Of a stretch of 64,000 bases of DNA, positions 24,186 to 36,109 are shown one piece after another. A program made the position numbers and the translations under genes. Every line of letters starts with the position of its first letter. The stretch's first letter is position 1. The stretch spans positions 169,201 through 233,200 of the forward strand of contig OZ287711.1 in NCBI GenBank assembly GCA_965649825.1. The letters are read 5' to 3'. Under the pieces are notes generated by a model. That model was not told the DNA's origin and searched no databases. It was given only the letters and a program-made list of their open reading frames with translations. This stretch comes from Penicillus capitatus. Taxonomy: Eukaryota > Plantae > Chlorophyta.

Positions 24186-24921
24186 CTTTGTCGAGATCGG
24201 CGGGGTAGCGATGAAGCTGAGTCGAGGGTCCGCATGGTTCGAGGTCAAGATCTGGCGATCTGGCGCGTTACTTGGAGAGACGTAATGGTCGCGTGGGATA
24301 TGGGTTGATATGTGCGGCTGGCCGGACACTTCGATCAAGGACAGCGGCCAGTGGGGCGCAATGGGGTGGCATTGGATTGAGGATGGCGGTGAGCCGCGGG
24401 CCGCATTCCTTACCGTTGCTGCGGCATGCCGACCTAGGACACTGCGTTCGCATGGGTTCGACGCGCGTTTTTTCGTCTATTGTGTGTCTTCGTAGGAAAC
24501 GTGGCTTTTTCTCCCCTCGCTACGCGTTCGTCTTTTGTTTTTGTGTGTGTGTCGTAGGTCCGTTGTTTTTTCTCTGATAATTTTTTGTGCGTTTTTTAGT
24601 TGCCACTGCGAACGCTCTACGGGGCGTTTACATAGTCCTCTAGAGCCTGCTGCGATTCGTGGTTTTCCTAGCGTTGGTATTGCTAACTTGCAGCCCGGGG
24701 GAACTGTTGGTTTCCGCATGGGATAGAGGTAGGCGGTATGGTGCGCCATTCCATCGGGTTCGCCGGAGGATGTCGGTCGAGTGCCGCGGAATCGGGAGCT
24801 GAGGTTGGGGGGAAAAGGATGTGATGCGGCGGGTAGACGCCAAGGTCGCCAAGGAACGCGGATCTGCTACGCTTGCTCTGGGGTATGTCGACTAGGCCGA
24901 AGAGCGCCGATCGCGACAAAG
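24186..24921. other. 736-bp segment bounded by 16-bp inverted repeats (GCCGATC[G/T]CGACAAAG)
   Basis: Reverse core 24186-24201 and forward core 24906-24921; the same core lies at 1203-1218, where it joins segment A to segment B. Confidence 0.75.
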
Positions 24922-25905
24922 TTTCGATTGTCTAGTATGCGGGGGTAACGGACGAGAAGTTATTCTGTATTGTAGCGAAGGCTTGAAAAGGCTTCGTTAT
25001 TGGCATGCATCGGTATTATGGAGGTGATGGTTCTTTCGGATAAGAGGTATTTGGCAGACGTCTCTTCTACAAAATAAAACTCCGGGCTTTTTTGCTGATC
25101 TTTTTTGCTGTCCCGCCAAGCCTGTTTGTCTTGGGCTTGTGCCTGCATTAACATAAGTTCGATCCATATGAATCGCACCGGGCGTGTTGCCCTGGCCTTT
25201 TCTCCCGCCAAGCCTGTCTGTGCCGGGCGTGTTGCCTGCATTAACATAAGTTCGATCCATATAAATCGAACCGAACCGATGGTATGTAGTGCCAATCTCT
25301 AAGTGTCAGACTAAATGAGCACAATGAAGGCATCCCGACCGTATAAGGGAAGTACATCAGAACCTCTAACACTATAAAAGAAGGATAATTGCGTTGTTTA
25401 CGTCATTCTGTTTTAATGTCTTTCGCTGATGCGCATGTTTGTTCATCAACAACGCGACACCAAGTTGCGTAAGTGCTTTCCGGCCTCTGCTCTCAACGAC
25501 CTTTTATCTCGCGCGCTTGAACTGTATTTCTTCTTCGGATTCGTCGAACGACGGTGTGCGAAGAGGTGTGAATTATATATACGGTGGGTACACCACACGC
25601 CACATCTGGTTCTCTCACATCTCTCAGATTCAACCAACCGGTAGACCCACGTCTTGCCTGCGCTTTCTAACACGGAACCGTTCGGTTCTTTGTTTGCTAG
25701 TCCTTGCACTCGAACGAAGATGAAAACAAAATCTGTATGGAACAAACGACATTATAATTCGGTTCCACATCTTACAGAGCTAAGGTGTACGTGGCTCCAC
25801 GTTCGTCTTTTACGTCACAGGTGACATGACACGTCGTGTAAGCGCCCCTTCAGAGACAGAAGAACCCTTGGACAACAAGATACGTCACGATGCGACGGCC
25901 CTCTT
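24906..25905. repeat. Dispersed repeat family, copy 2 (segment B), with a ~100-bp internal duplication and a ~140-bp deletion relative to copy 1
   Basis: Long near-identical blocks with 1203-2250; GCCTGCATTAACATAAGTTCGATCCATAT occurs twice (~25140 and ~25236); copy-1 ~1968-2108 is absent. Confidence 0.9.
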
Positions 25906-25909
25906 CTGA

Positions 25910-26470
25910 CAATTTCGAACACGCATGATCTCGTTCATCAAGCCGATGACGACAACAAAGGCCATGAGCAGCCATAACGCCTCGTCTGATGCCTGTCCGC
26001 CCTGCACGAAGAGGACATCCATCTGGGGCGATGCATCGCTGGATACAGAGTGCAGAATGGATGGAGGTGGGAGGTACGAGCGGCAGAGAAAGAAGACTCA
26101 GGACGAAGACGACGAGAGCACAGGACATTCGGAAGTGTCCTCTGTCTCGTGCTGGGATGACGCCGTTGACAAGGACGGCGAGGAGCGTCGTGGGTATGCA
26201 GCAGATAGAGAACAAGCGCAACACATCCCTCTCCTGCCACAGTCTCAGAAGATGTTCTGAATCAGAGGAACGCATGGGATAGGTGCCCTCGAAGTAATCC
26301 ACGGCGCTGAGGAGGGCGTTCCAAGGGGTGAGGAATCCGCAGCCGAGAACGAAGTAACAGAAGCTCAGTCCGTCGGAACGACGGAAAGCCGGCATGGGAA
26401 ACGGAAGGAGACCGTTAACGTCGTCGCGTCGCCCAGTACATTCGACGTTGACCCCCCCCCACTCGCGCAT
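25910..26470 (-). pseudogene. Equilibrative nucleoside transporter (ENT) 5' part, truncated at the repeat element
   Basis: ENT TM1 signature YFVLGCGFLTPWNALLSAVDYF, then further TM helices with short introns; the sequence runs into the repeat at ~25905 and no 3' half was found. Confidence 0.7.
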
Positions 26471-26740
26471 GACAGGATGCGGTCTTCCAGAGACAGAATG
26501 GTCGCGCAGAACCTTCCTTACAGGCGAGGAATCACCGTATGATACAGAGGGCACCGAGCTGTGGCGGCTCGTCGGGTTATTCGGAAGAACGCCGGAGTTC
26601 GAGTGTCCGACCGAACGAGCCAAAGGGGAGGGAGGGGTGTCACAGCACCGCGAACGCTACGGTTGCTGCCAGACACCACCACACCAGGAGTGCTTTGCGG
26701 TTCGGCCTGGAAGCTTCATTCACGTCGTTCACGTCGTACA

Positions 26741-26813
26741 CCTCATGTCGACCGCAGTCTCCTCGCCTCATGTCGACCGCAGTCTCCTCGCCTCATGTCG
26801 ACCGCAGTCTCCT
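26741..26813. repeat. 25-bp tandem repeat x~3
   Basis: CCTCATGTCGACCGCAGTCTCCTCG units at 26741, 26766 and 26791. Confidence 0.9.
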
Positions 26814-27594
26814 TCGGCGCACGGTCCAGCTGGGGCGTTTCCAGAACTGCCGCTTTGGGTAGAGGCGAAGGCGCTGCCTCCGAGAAATGCAGACCCAGTC
26901 TGAAAACAGTGTCCTGCGACGCATCTCTCAAATGGACTGCACAAAACGTCTCTGGAGAGGCACGTGCAGTACCTCGTCAAGGGACACCAGCGTTCATAGC
27001 ATTCGCCGGAGCACGACTGAATCTGCGCCATCGCAGGATAGCGAAGCAGACCGAGTGCCGAGAGCAACATCAGCAGTCGCGTCATCCTGGGCAGAGTTGG
27101 TCCACGTTCAGCCAGTACAAGGTTACGCTGTGAATGCAGCCAAATCAGAGAGCGGAAGTCCGTTTGCTCGTTCGCAGCCGTTGTTCTCAAAATCTTCTCT
27201 CTACGGCTGCGAATGACTGGCGCCTGGACGAGGCCAAGGCAGTTCGTGCAGACCGTCGGGATCAATCAATGTCATTTAAAGCGGGATACCTTCGATCTTT
27301 GCCAGCCATCTGTCCGTCTCTTCACTGCAGAAGAGTTTCCCATGTACAAGTACTGTCTCATTTTCAACGCATGAATGGACTGAATAATTAGTTCTCTTAG
27401 ACAACGCATTCCACATCTCACAACGCCATGATCGGGTAACGGACCGGCAAGCGCCTCATGAGGACGCAGAAAACTAGCGGATGTGAAACATACACTGATA
27501 AAAACGGGGAAGGCGGAGCGATACATGCACAGAAAGAAGGAAGCAGGGAAAACAAAAGTGAGTCCCTCAAAGAACACCAAATCTTCGTGGCAAT

Positions 27595-27740
27595 GCAGAG
27601 AATGTTAGAGTATTGCGAACACAAGTGCCGATAGAAGAATCCACGCCAACAGAACGCCATGTTGTGGCAGAGAATGTTAGAGTATTGCGAACACAAGTGC
27701 CGATAGAAGAATCCACGCCAACAGAACGCCATGTTGTGGC
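27595..27740. repeat. Perfect 72-bp tandem duplication
   Basis: Identical units start at 27595 and 27667. Confidence 0.95.
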
Positions 27741-28072
27741 CTCAGCACCGCGCTAGTGTAGTATACTTGATTTCCATCTCCGTCAATGTCAATGCTGGTT
27801 ACGCTGCAGTCTGAACCGATGCAGGTGGTAGGTCCGTCTGAGTCCTTTTCACCTCTTAAAGTTATGCGAGATTTTATCTGGCTGCGCTCTACACACCGTC
27901 CCTCGCGGCAGTGTTCGTTAGGAGTGTCGCACAAATCATCAAGGTCTTCGCACGGACAATAGGCCACGAAATTAGGTGAACATACCACATTTTCACATTC
28001 TCCTGGGCACACGGCTTCTGCATGCGTCCAGAGCAACAAGGAAGCTAACAGTACGGATAGCAGTCGAGGCAT
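27677..28072 (-). CDS. Small secreted Cys-rich protein (131 aa) with a C-terminal hydrophobic tail (GPI signal-like)
   Basis: MPRLLSVLLASLLLWTHAEA signal peptide; ~10 Cys; ends GVLLAWILLSALVFAIL*. Confidence 0.7.
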   Translation of the reverse strand: MPRLLSVLLASLLLWTHAEAVCPGECENVVCSPNFVAYCPCEDLDDLCDTPNEHCREGRCVERSQIKSRITLRGEKDSDGPTTCIGSDCSVTSIDIDGDGNQVYYTSAVLRPQHGVLLAWILLSALVFAIL

Positions 28073-28299
28073 TCTAACAGCAAAATGCTCAGGAGACAAC
28101 CACAGGAAGTAGAGATTTACTGAGCAGGAAATCCTGGAAAGAAGAAAACGCGCTGCCTCGTTGTCTGTCGCTCTGCACAAAACTCTCCAAGGCGCGTCTG
28201 CAATGCAACGGATATAGAGCGAAAAAGGACGAGGCCTTGATTGAGTCAACTGATGACAGCGCTTAAATGGTCGTTGGTCTAACACCATTCGTATGACGT

Positions 28300-28755
28300 A
28301 GAGTGACAGGCCAATTGTTTCGCTCTGGAGCTGACGCGAGCATCATTCTCCGCGGAGTGATTTCCAGAGACTTCGAGAACAGGCGAAAACGTCTGTCGCG
28401 TCCTCCATTCGATTTCTTCGACGGAATGTGCGTCGCTATCGCCTTCCTGCCTTTTCTCGGGCTCCGACTGGCGTCTCGTGGAACTCGGCTTCGATAGCCT
28501 TGACCATCTCTGTTTCCGTCGGAGCCTTGGTTTGGCGTTTGATGGCCTCGCCACTGCACTTGGCCTCTGCGACTGCTGCCGAGACAGTGGCGGTTTCTGC
28601 GGGGAGTGAGCCTTTCTGGCGCTACTCTCTGCGTGGCTTGGCACTCGTCTCTGTCTCGCCTTCGGGTGTCGACTTGACAGCTGTTGACGAAAGCTTTGCC
28701 GGGGCAGGCAGCTCTCTTGCCGCAGTTTCGGCAGCAGAAGGCGTCTTGTCGCCCA
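28300..28755 (-). pseudogene. Displaced copy of the Lys/Ala/Thr-rich terminal exon of the giant PAN gene
   Basis: About 80% identity by eye to 42390-42750 (GDKTPSAAETAA.ELP.PAKLSSTAVKS); in-frame TAG replaces AAG. Confidence 0.8.
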
Positions 28756-28843
28756 ACGTATGTGAATTGTCTCATTCTCGGCGTATGAATGAATGAAATG
28801 TGGCGTTCGTTTGTCAGGACCGTCATTTTCACGATTTTTTCAG

Positions 28844-30285
28844 ATGCGCGGAATTGGGCTTCGCCCTTCGCCATCTGCAACCCGTAAGCTTCGCCGCGAT
28901 ACCGACCGCGATCGACACTCACCGTGCACAGGCTGTGCTCGGCGCGTCGTCGTCCCCAGGGCAGCGGCTGTCGAAGGCGACATCACGCCGTCGACGAAAT
29001 TCGACGCCACCGGCAACGGACGCGGCCGTCTCCCCGCGGGTCCTTTCAAAGTAGTGATCACAGGCTCAACCAAAGGTACTCTGCGACTCCCCTGCCCGCG
29101 GTATTGAGTGCGTGCCCTCTGCAACCGATAGGCATTGGCTTGGAGCTCGCTCGAGAGTTCCTCAGATCGGGAGATGACGTCATCATCTCATCCCGAAACT
29201 GTGCGTTTCGTCCCCATGACCGCCGCTGCGAGATCTCGCTCTTTTCTAGACAGCAACGTCCGACAGGCGGTGCGCGCACTGCACACAGAGTTCGGCCAAG
29301 ACGCCAAAATCAGCGTACATCAGACCCGCTCCACCGTGCCTCTCTCCTGAAGGATGGTGTGGTCGGACAAGGGGGTCACATGCGACGTGTCGCGCTCCGG
29401 TGAAGTGGCAGATCTCGCGGACTACGCGCGCACAGAGCACGGCGCCATTCATTTCTGGTCACACTTCTCGCCCTTTCTCCTCTGCACGACGAACGCCCTG
29501 CCCTGTGCAGGATCAACAACGCGGGAACGAACGGATACCAGTACCAACCGCTGACCGAGTTCGACGAAGAGACGCTGCGCGAGATTCTCGAAACCAACAT
29601 CCTGGGAGCCATGCTTGCCTGCAAAGAAGTGCCGATCGACCTCGGCACCGCTACGCGAACGAGTGTGCGATGCCCAGGCCGTTCGTGTCATGTCTCAGCA
29701 GGACGAAGACGGTCACATCTTCAACATGGACGGGGCTGGCGCCAACGGCCGCCCTACTCCGAGATTCGCCGCCTACGGCGCGACGAAGTACGCCCTCATG
29801 CAGTTCAACGAGTCCCTCAGCGCCGAGCTCAAGCTGCAAGAAATCGACAACATAGGTCGCGCTCGCTCTCGTCGCGCTCGCGGTCCTCATTCGCCGCACG
29901 GCGTCGTCTAGGAGTGCACATCCTGTCGCCTGGCATGTGCGTGACCGATCTGCTGATGAGCGGACAGCTGACAGAGACGGCAAAGTTCTTCATCAACTGC
30001 CTGGGTGTGGAATCTCGCTCCTTTCGCTAAAAGCGTGAGATGGTCTCTGCAGCTGAGCACCCGAGCGTGCCGGCTCGGCACCTGGTGCCCTTGGTTCGGC
30101 GCATGGGCCAAGAGAAGAACGGCAGCGGCATCAAGAGCCGCAAGGTGGAGTACCTCACGCAGACCAAAGCTTACACGCAGATTTTCAAAGTCCGGCTCCC
30201 TCCGTCGACCATCGGCGTCTCATCTGTGTGAACTCAGCGGTTTTTGTTCAACGAACGGAAGAATCGTCACGTCCAGGAAGACTGA
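28844..30285 (+). CDS. NOL: Chlorophyll(ide) b reductase NOL/NYC1-like SDR, multi-exon
   Basis: VVITGSTKG|IG, INNAG, GAGANGRPTPRFAAYGATK, SPGMCVTDLLMSG...AKFFINCL, KAYTQIFK, C-terminal RHVQED*. Confidence 0.88.
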
Positions 30286-30414
30286 GAAGATTTTTTGAGA
30301 AGGGGGACAGTGATGTGACTGACGTCTTGGATGCTCGGTCATGTCGGCGTGACGCACATGAGCGTGACCGAGCCGACAATTCACTCGAACGCGTGTTTGT
30401 TCGTTCGCTTTGCA

Positions 30415-32176
30415 ATGCGCGGCATTTGGCTGCTCACTTTCGTGGCGCTGCTGGCCGTCCTCGACCAACGCGTTCGGGGAGACCTCCACCGCATCGCACT
30501 CAGGACCAAGCCGCGTTCTGTTGACTCTCTGCTGCTACCGCGTCAGAAATACGCGCGGTACTCGAATGCCGACCACCTCGACCGCGTCCCCCTGAAAGGC
30601 TACAACAACGCTCAGGTGCGCGACGCACGACGGGCGGCGACAGTATCACGCTGTTCGTTTCTGTGCCCTTGCAGTACTACGGTCAAATCGGCGTCGGCAC
30701 ACCGCCGCAGTACTTCGATGTGGTCTTCGACACGGGAAGCTCCAACACGTGGGTCCCGTCGACCAAGTGCTGGTTCTCCATCGCCTGCTGGGTGCATCCA
30801 TCCTACCGTTCCTCCCACTCCTCCACCCACTGGGTACCGTTGTGCTCGATGACATCTCGAAAAGCGTCGAGTGTGGTCTAGAGAGACGGACGATTCTTCT
30901 CCATCCGGTACGGCTCTGGGAAGCTCAGCGGCATCTTCTCGGTCGATGACATGATCGTCGGCAATGTCACCATCAAGGCGCAAACCTTTGCCGAGGCGCT
31001 CTACGAGCCCGGACTCACTTTCGCGGCCGGAAAGTTCGACGGCGTGCTGGTCCGTGTGCCTCCGATCCGGTGGACGGTGACGCGACGTGTGCAGTACTTT
31101 AGGGACTGGGATTTCCGGAAATCGCCATCTCCGGCGTCGCGCCGCCGTTCCAGAACATGATCCAGCAGCAGCTCATCGACGAGCCCGTCTTCTCGTTCCA
31201 CATCAAGAAGCTGCCACCGGGCGAGAGCGAAGGCGACGGCGGCGAGCTCGTCTTCGGAGGCGCCGATCCAGCGCACTACACCGGAGAGCACGTCTGGGCC
31301 AATGTCACGATGCGCGGCTACTGGCAGATCAAAGTCGACAGCCTGAAGCTGTCCGGCATCGACGACATGTGCGACGGCGGCTGTCAGATGGTCGCCGACA
31401 CGGGAACCTCGCTCATCTGCGGCCCCGCGAACGACATCAAGAAGATCAACGATCGCATTCGCAGAGCCGCAGAGGACAACGGACTGGAGACGCGTTCGAT
31501 CGCGGACCTCTGCACGGATCATCTGACGACGATCGCGAAGGCGGTCTTCGACCGACGGCGCAACGGCGCGGCGGCCGAGGCGCTGTGCGAAGAGGTCGGC
31601 ATGTGTCCGAAGCGAACGTCGAAGGCGTCGCTCTTTCCGGCGCAGAGGCGAAGGCTCATGGCCGAGGAGGACGTCAAGAGCGTCGAGTGCTCCATCTGCA
31701 CGGCGGCGGTGCGGTTCATGAAAGGGGCCGCATCGTTGGAAGCTCTGGAGAAGAGTGGGATGATTGCCCACGTGTGTGCGACCATGGTGCCGCAAGACAA
31801 CGGAATCTTTGGCTCTTCGACGACGTCGGTCGCGTGCTCGACCCGCGCGATCCTGCCGGACGTCATCTTCAGAATCAACGGTGTCGATTTCCCTCTCTCG
31901 CCGCAGAACTACATCTGGGAGGTCGGTCGCCGCCGGCGCCTTTCCGCGGAAGTGTGAGGACTGTGTGACTGCAGATGAAGATGTTCGGTCAGGCGTCCTG
32001 CATCAGCGGCTTCATGAGCCTAGACATCGGCAAGGGTCTCTGGATCCTTGGCGATTCCTTCCTAGCAGGTTCTTTCGCTTCCCGCTCCATTCGAAGTGCG
32101 ACGTCGCTCTGTTGCAGCCTATCACTCCATCTACGACTACGGCAACGAACGAGTCGGATTCGCCAAAGCGGCGTGA
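30415..32176 (+). CDS. Phytepsin-like A1 aspartic protease with saposin-like plant-specific insert, multi-exon
   Basis: Signal peptide; [21 protein letters not shown]; second DTG (VADTGTSLI); Cys-rich insert; WILGD.F; ends GFAKAA*. Confidence 0.92.
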
Positions 32177-32302
32177 GGGAAGGGAGATTGAATGGATGGC
32201 TCGTCGTTGGACGACGCCAATAACCAACCAGTCACGATAGCGCACAAATGCTGCTTCAAAGCCTTATATGTTGCTCTACGGGTCACTCTCTGTAAAGATT
32301 GT

Positions 32303-33946
32303 TCAGAATTCGCTGTCCATGTCTGGGGGACGACACACGAAGAGCACCTTCGCCAGAACCTCGTGCGATTGCTCGGCGATTTCCTCCACTGTCTTCAGCG
32401 CCACCAGCGGCGGCGCAGAGACCAGGTAGTACGATTCGGGGTCTCGGGCCTCGTGGACGGAGGCGTCTGCGACCAACAAGCCGCTGCCGCTCAGTCTCAG
32501 CGCCTCTGCCTTGCTCTGCGGACAGATCACGCTCACGGTGTCGATCGCTTGACGAGCGAAGGTACCTTGGCGAGGATCGATGATCGGAGCACCGACAGCG
32601 AGGCGCAGTTCCTGATTCCGAGTGCGACGGGACGCTTGGCGTGGGAGAAGAGCGGCCAATTCGGCAGCGCCAGCCACTTCCACGGATGCTCGGGCATCTC
32701 CATCTCTTCCATGCTGAACAGGCCAAACTCGCCGGAGGTCTTGGCAACGGGGCAGCGCTTCAGGACGGTGCCGTGGACCTAGACGTCCCCCCTCCTTCAA
32801 ATCGCGGCTCCTCCGAATGGCAGAGAACCGTGTCGAGCTCTCCGGCGTAGGGCAGTGGACGGAACCGCGTTTCCTGACTCAGAAGCCGGTAGATGTGGAT
32901 CTTGGCAGGTGCGATCCGATCTCCGGAGTCCGACAGCTTCTCGTGGCCCGTCAGCACTGACGCCTGCGCAACAGGACCCCGCCGTCACATCCGTGACAGC
33001 GACATCTGGGCTACCAGCTTCTCCCGGGCCGTTTCGGAACGGACAACCTTGAGTCCCTTCTCCACGAAAGCGGCAATCAGTTTCCGTTCTCGGCTCTCGA
33101 GCGCCTGGAATTGCAGCAGGGCTGAGAAGGAAGGCTACAAGTGGGTTGATGTGACGTTTCGATAGTACTGGTAGGCCCACATGTCTTCGGGTGTGCATTC
33201 GAATCCCGCCGCTTCCTCCTCCCTTCTGTGGTACTCCTTCGCCGCTCTGGCCAGATCTCGCGTCTCCTGTGCTCCATCCAAAAGAGTGAGCAGACATCAC
33301 ACGAAGCCATCTCGCACTTTGGCGTGCAGTCCGTTCCGCGCTATGTACTCGGCACAGGACACTCGGTCTGTCACGTCGAGAAACCGCAGCTCGTACAGAG
33401 CGAAATGCGCCCCTGTCGGATTCTCAGCATTCGTAGAGCGAGAAGAGTGCGACCTTCGATCTCAAAGTACTCCATGGTGGTCTCGTATCCCGCGAGGTTC
33501 TGTTGGCGACTGTGGCGTGCGATGGACTGCCGAACAGACGCCGCCGTGACCAAGATGTCCTGTTCGCGCTTGGCGATTCCCGCCAGCTGTTCGATGAGAT
33601 ACGCGTCGTAGCCAGCGACGTTCAGTCGGGGGATGTAGGCAGCGAGCTCATACCACCGTCCCGCTCCCGCATTCAGCCGCTGGATCATCGCCTCCTCGTC
33701 GGTCTCGTCAACCGCAGCCGCGTCCCTGTCCTTCGTCTGGACGAAGTAGCCCATGGGCGGTCGGTACGTGCGTTTCCCCTGGGCGTCTTGCGGTTCGGTC
33801 GGCACGAGGGGTTTGGCGAAGGGCGACGGGGTGGGACGACTGCCGGGGACGATGAGGCGGTTGGGTTTGGCTTGGCCATCGCTGTTGCCGGAGTTCGGCA
33901 ACAGGAGGGCGCGGCAGGGACGACGGTACGCGACAGAAAACGCCAT
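32303..33946 (-). CDS. RAF1: Rubisco accumulation factor 1, multi-exon
   Basis: TYRPP; [15 protein letters not shown]...[19 protein letters not shown]; [10 protein letters not shown]; GEFG...WLALPNW; terminal VLFVCRPP. Confidence 0.85.
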
Positions 33947-33985
33947 CCTTCAATTGCGGAGACGCCAGTTAATGCGCGAAGATCG

Positions 33986-36083
33986 ATGTGGCGGAGATGC
34001 ATCGGCAGGTTCTGTTTTGTGACGACGGCCGATGCCGCGGGGCTGTTCGAGACGACGCGTCGCTGTCCGTCGGGCATTGATGTCGATGGCGAAGACTTCC
34101 GACGCAACGCCGAGGCAATGGCGCAACGCCTGACGTCGCTGAGGTGGGGTGCTGTCCCTTCCGCCGTGCGACGACATTATGGACGAGAGACCAGGGCGGA
34201 GGTGCGCCGAGTGGTGGAAGGCGGAGGAGAGAAGGCAGTGGAGAAGCACCGCTCTCGAGGGAAACGTATGCCGAGAGAGCGCATCGATCGGCTGTTGGAC
34301 CCAGGATCGGCATTCCTTGAACTCTCGCAGCTCGCCGCACACGAGCTCTATCCAGACGAACAGGTCCCGTCGGCCGGCATCGTCACCGGTGGGGCCACTC
34401 ACTCTGCTGCTGGCGGGCGATGGGGCCGTCCTCGTGGCTTAGGTGTCGGTCGGGTCCATGGTCGCCTCGTGGCGGTTGTTGCCAACGATGCGACGGTCAA
34501 AGGTGTGACTTTGCGGAGATGCTCGAGATCTGTCGAAGGTTGTTCGTGTCTTCGAGGTGGGACGTACTATCCGATGACGGTCAAGAAGCATCTGCGACTG
34601 CAAGAGATCGCCGAGACGTGTCGACTGCCGTGCGTCTATTTCGTCGACTCGGGTGGCGCCAATCTCCCCCGCCAGGCCGACGTCTTCCCCGACCGCTTTC
34701 ACTTCGGCCGCATCTTCTACAACCAAGTGCCGCACATGTGGGTGCGCATCTGGGAGACGAGGGAGTGGCTGCAGGCGCGGCTGTCGGCGGCGGGATGTCC
34801 TCAGGTTGCCGTGGTCATGGGTATGTGCGCCGCCGGCGGCGCTTACGTACCGGCCATGGCGGACGAGACGATCATCGTTCGCGGCAACGGAACGATCTTT
34901 CTCGGCAGTCCGTCGTTGGTGAAAGCGGCGACGGGCGAAGAAGTGACGGCCGAAGATCTCGGCGGCGCCGTGCTTCACACATCGACGTCTGGCGTTGCGG
35001 ACCATCTGGCCGAGAACGAAGACCACGCCATCCAGCTCGCCCGCGACATCTTCGCCACGGTTCCGCATTCGGCCGTGATGGGACAGGCGGCGGTGGCGGC
35101 GGAGGAGGAAGCGCCGCTCTACCCCCCGGAAGAACTCAACGGCTGTGTACCTGTCGACCCGCGAACGCCGTTCGACATCCGCTCGGTGTTGGCACGCATT
35201 CTTGACGGCAGTCGGTATCTGATCGACCCTCTCTTGCGCGATTCTGAGGGTGACTGTGTGGTGGCGTGGAGATTTCACGAGTTCAAAGAGAACTACAGGA
35301 AGACGCTGGTGACGGGATTCGGTCGTCTCTATGGTCAGGCCGTCGGCATCGTCGCCAACAACGGCGTCCTCTTTTCGGAAGCGGCGCTCAAAGGCGCACA
35401 CTTCATTCAGCTGTGCGGGCAGCGCGGCATTCCACTCCTCTTCTTTCAGAACATCACGGGGTTCATGATCGGTAGGACGCCGCTCTCCGTCGCGTCCTTT
35501 CCTGGACATCGCTCAGGAGACAGGGCAGAAGCAAGAAGCGGGCGGCATCGCCAAGAACGGAGCCAAAATGGTCATGGCCGTCTCCAATGTCCAGGTGCGG
35601 CCAGTCGATCCCCTGTGCCGAGCGCAAACCCGTGTGGCTAGGTACCGCGACTGACGGTGATCGTCGGCGGGAGCTTCGACGCAGGGAACTACGGCATGTG
35701 TGGCCGCGCCTACGATCCGGCCTTTCTCTTCATGTGGCCGAATGCGCGGATCTCTGTTATGGGCGGCGATCAGGCGGCCGACGTCCTCGCCACCGTGCAT
35801 CGCAAAAACCAACCTGGACAGGTAAGGCATCGCACAGCTCTTGGCATGACCGCGGTCGGAATGGCGTCTTCAGGAGTGGGCGCCGCACGAGAGGGAGCGT
35901 TTCAAGCAGGAGATCCGCGATCGCTACGCCCACGAAGGCTCCGCCTACTACTCGACGGCGCGTCTGTGGGACGACGGTATCATCGAGCCGAAGGATACGC
36001 GCTGGGTGCTGGGACTGGCCCTTGGCGCCGCGATGCACGGCGAGGCCGTTCGTCGCAGTACTTACGGCGTGTTCCGCATGTAA
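33986..36083 (+). CDS. MCCB: 3-methylcrotonyl-CoA carboxylase beta (carboxyltransferase) subunit, multi-exon
   Basis: [26 protein letters not shown]; [13 protein letters not shown]; [11 protein letters not shown]; [11 protein letters not shown]; AEDLGGA..H; [18 protein letters not shown]; ends GVFRM*. Confidence 0.93.
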
Positions 36084-36109
36084 GCGGACAAAGACGTCCG
36101 TCAGTCACA

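Noticed and set aside
27595-27740. CRISPR-like arrays in the short direct repeats (also 26741-26813, 63558-63947)
   Set aside because: No unique spacers and no cas genes; these are simple tandem repeats in eukaryotic DNA.
33503-33985. N-terminal extension of the MCCB ORF as given in the ORF track
   Set aside because: It overlaps RAF1 on the opposite strand; the mitochondrial-type start MWRRCIGR at 33986 is more plausible.
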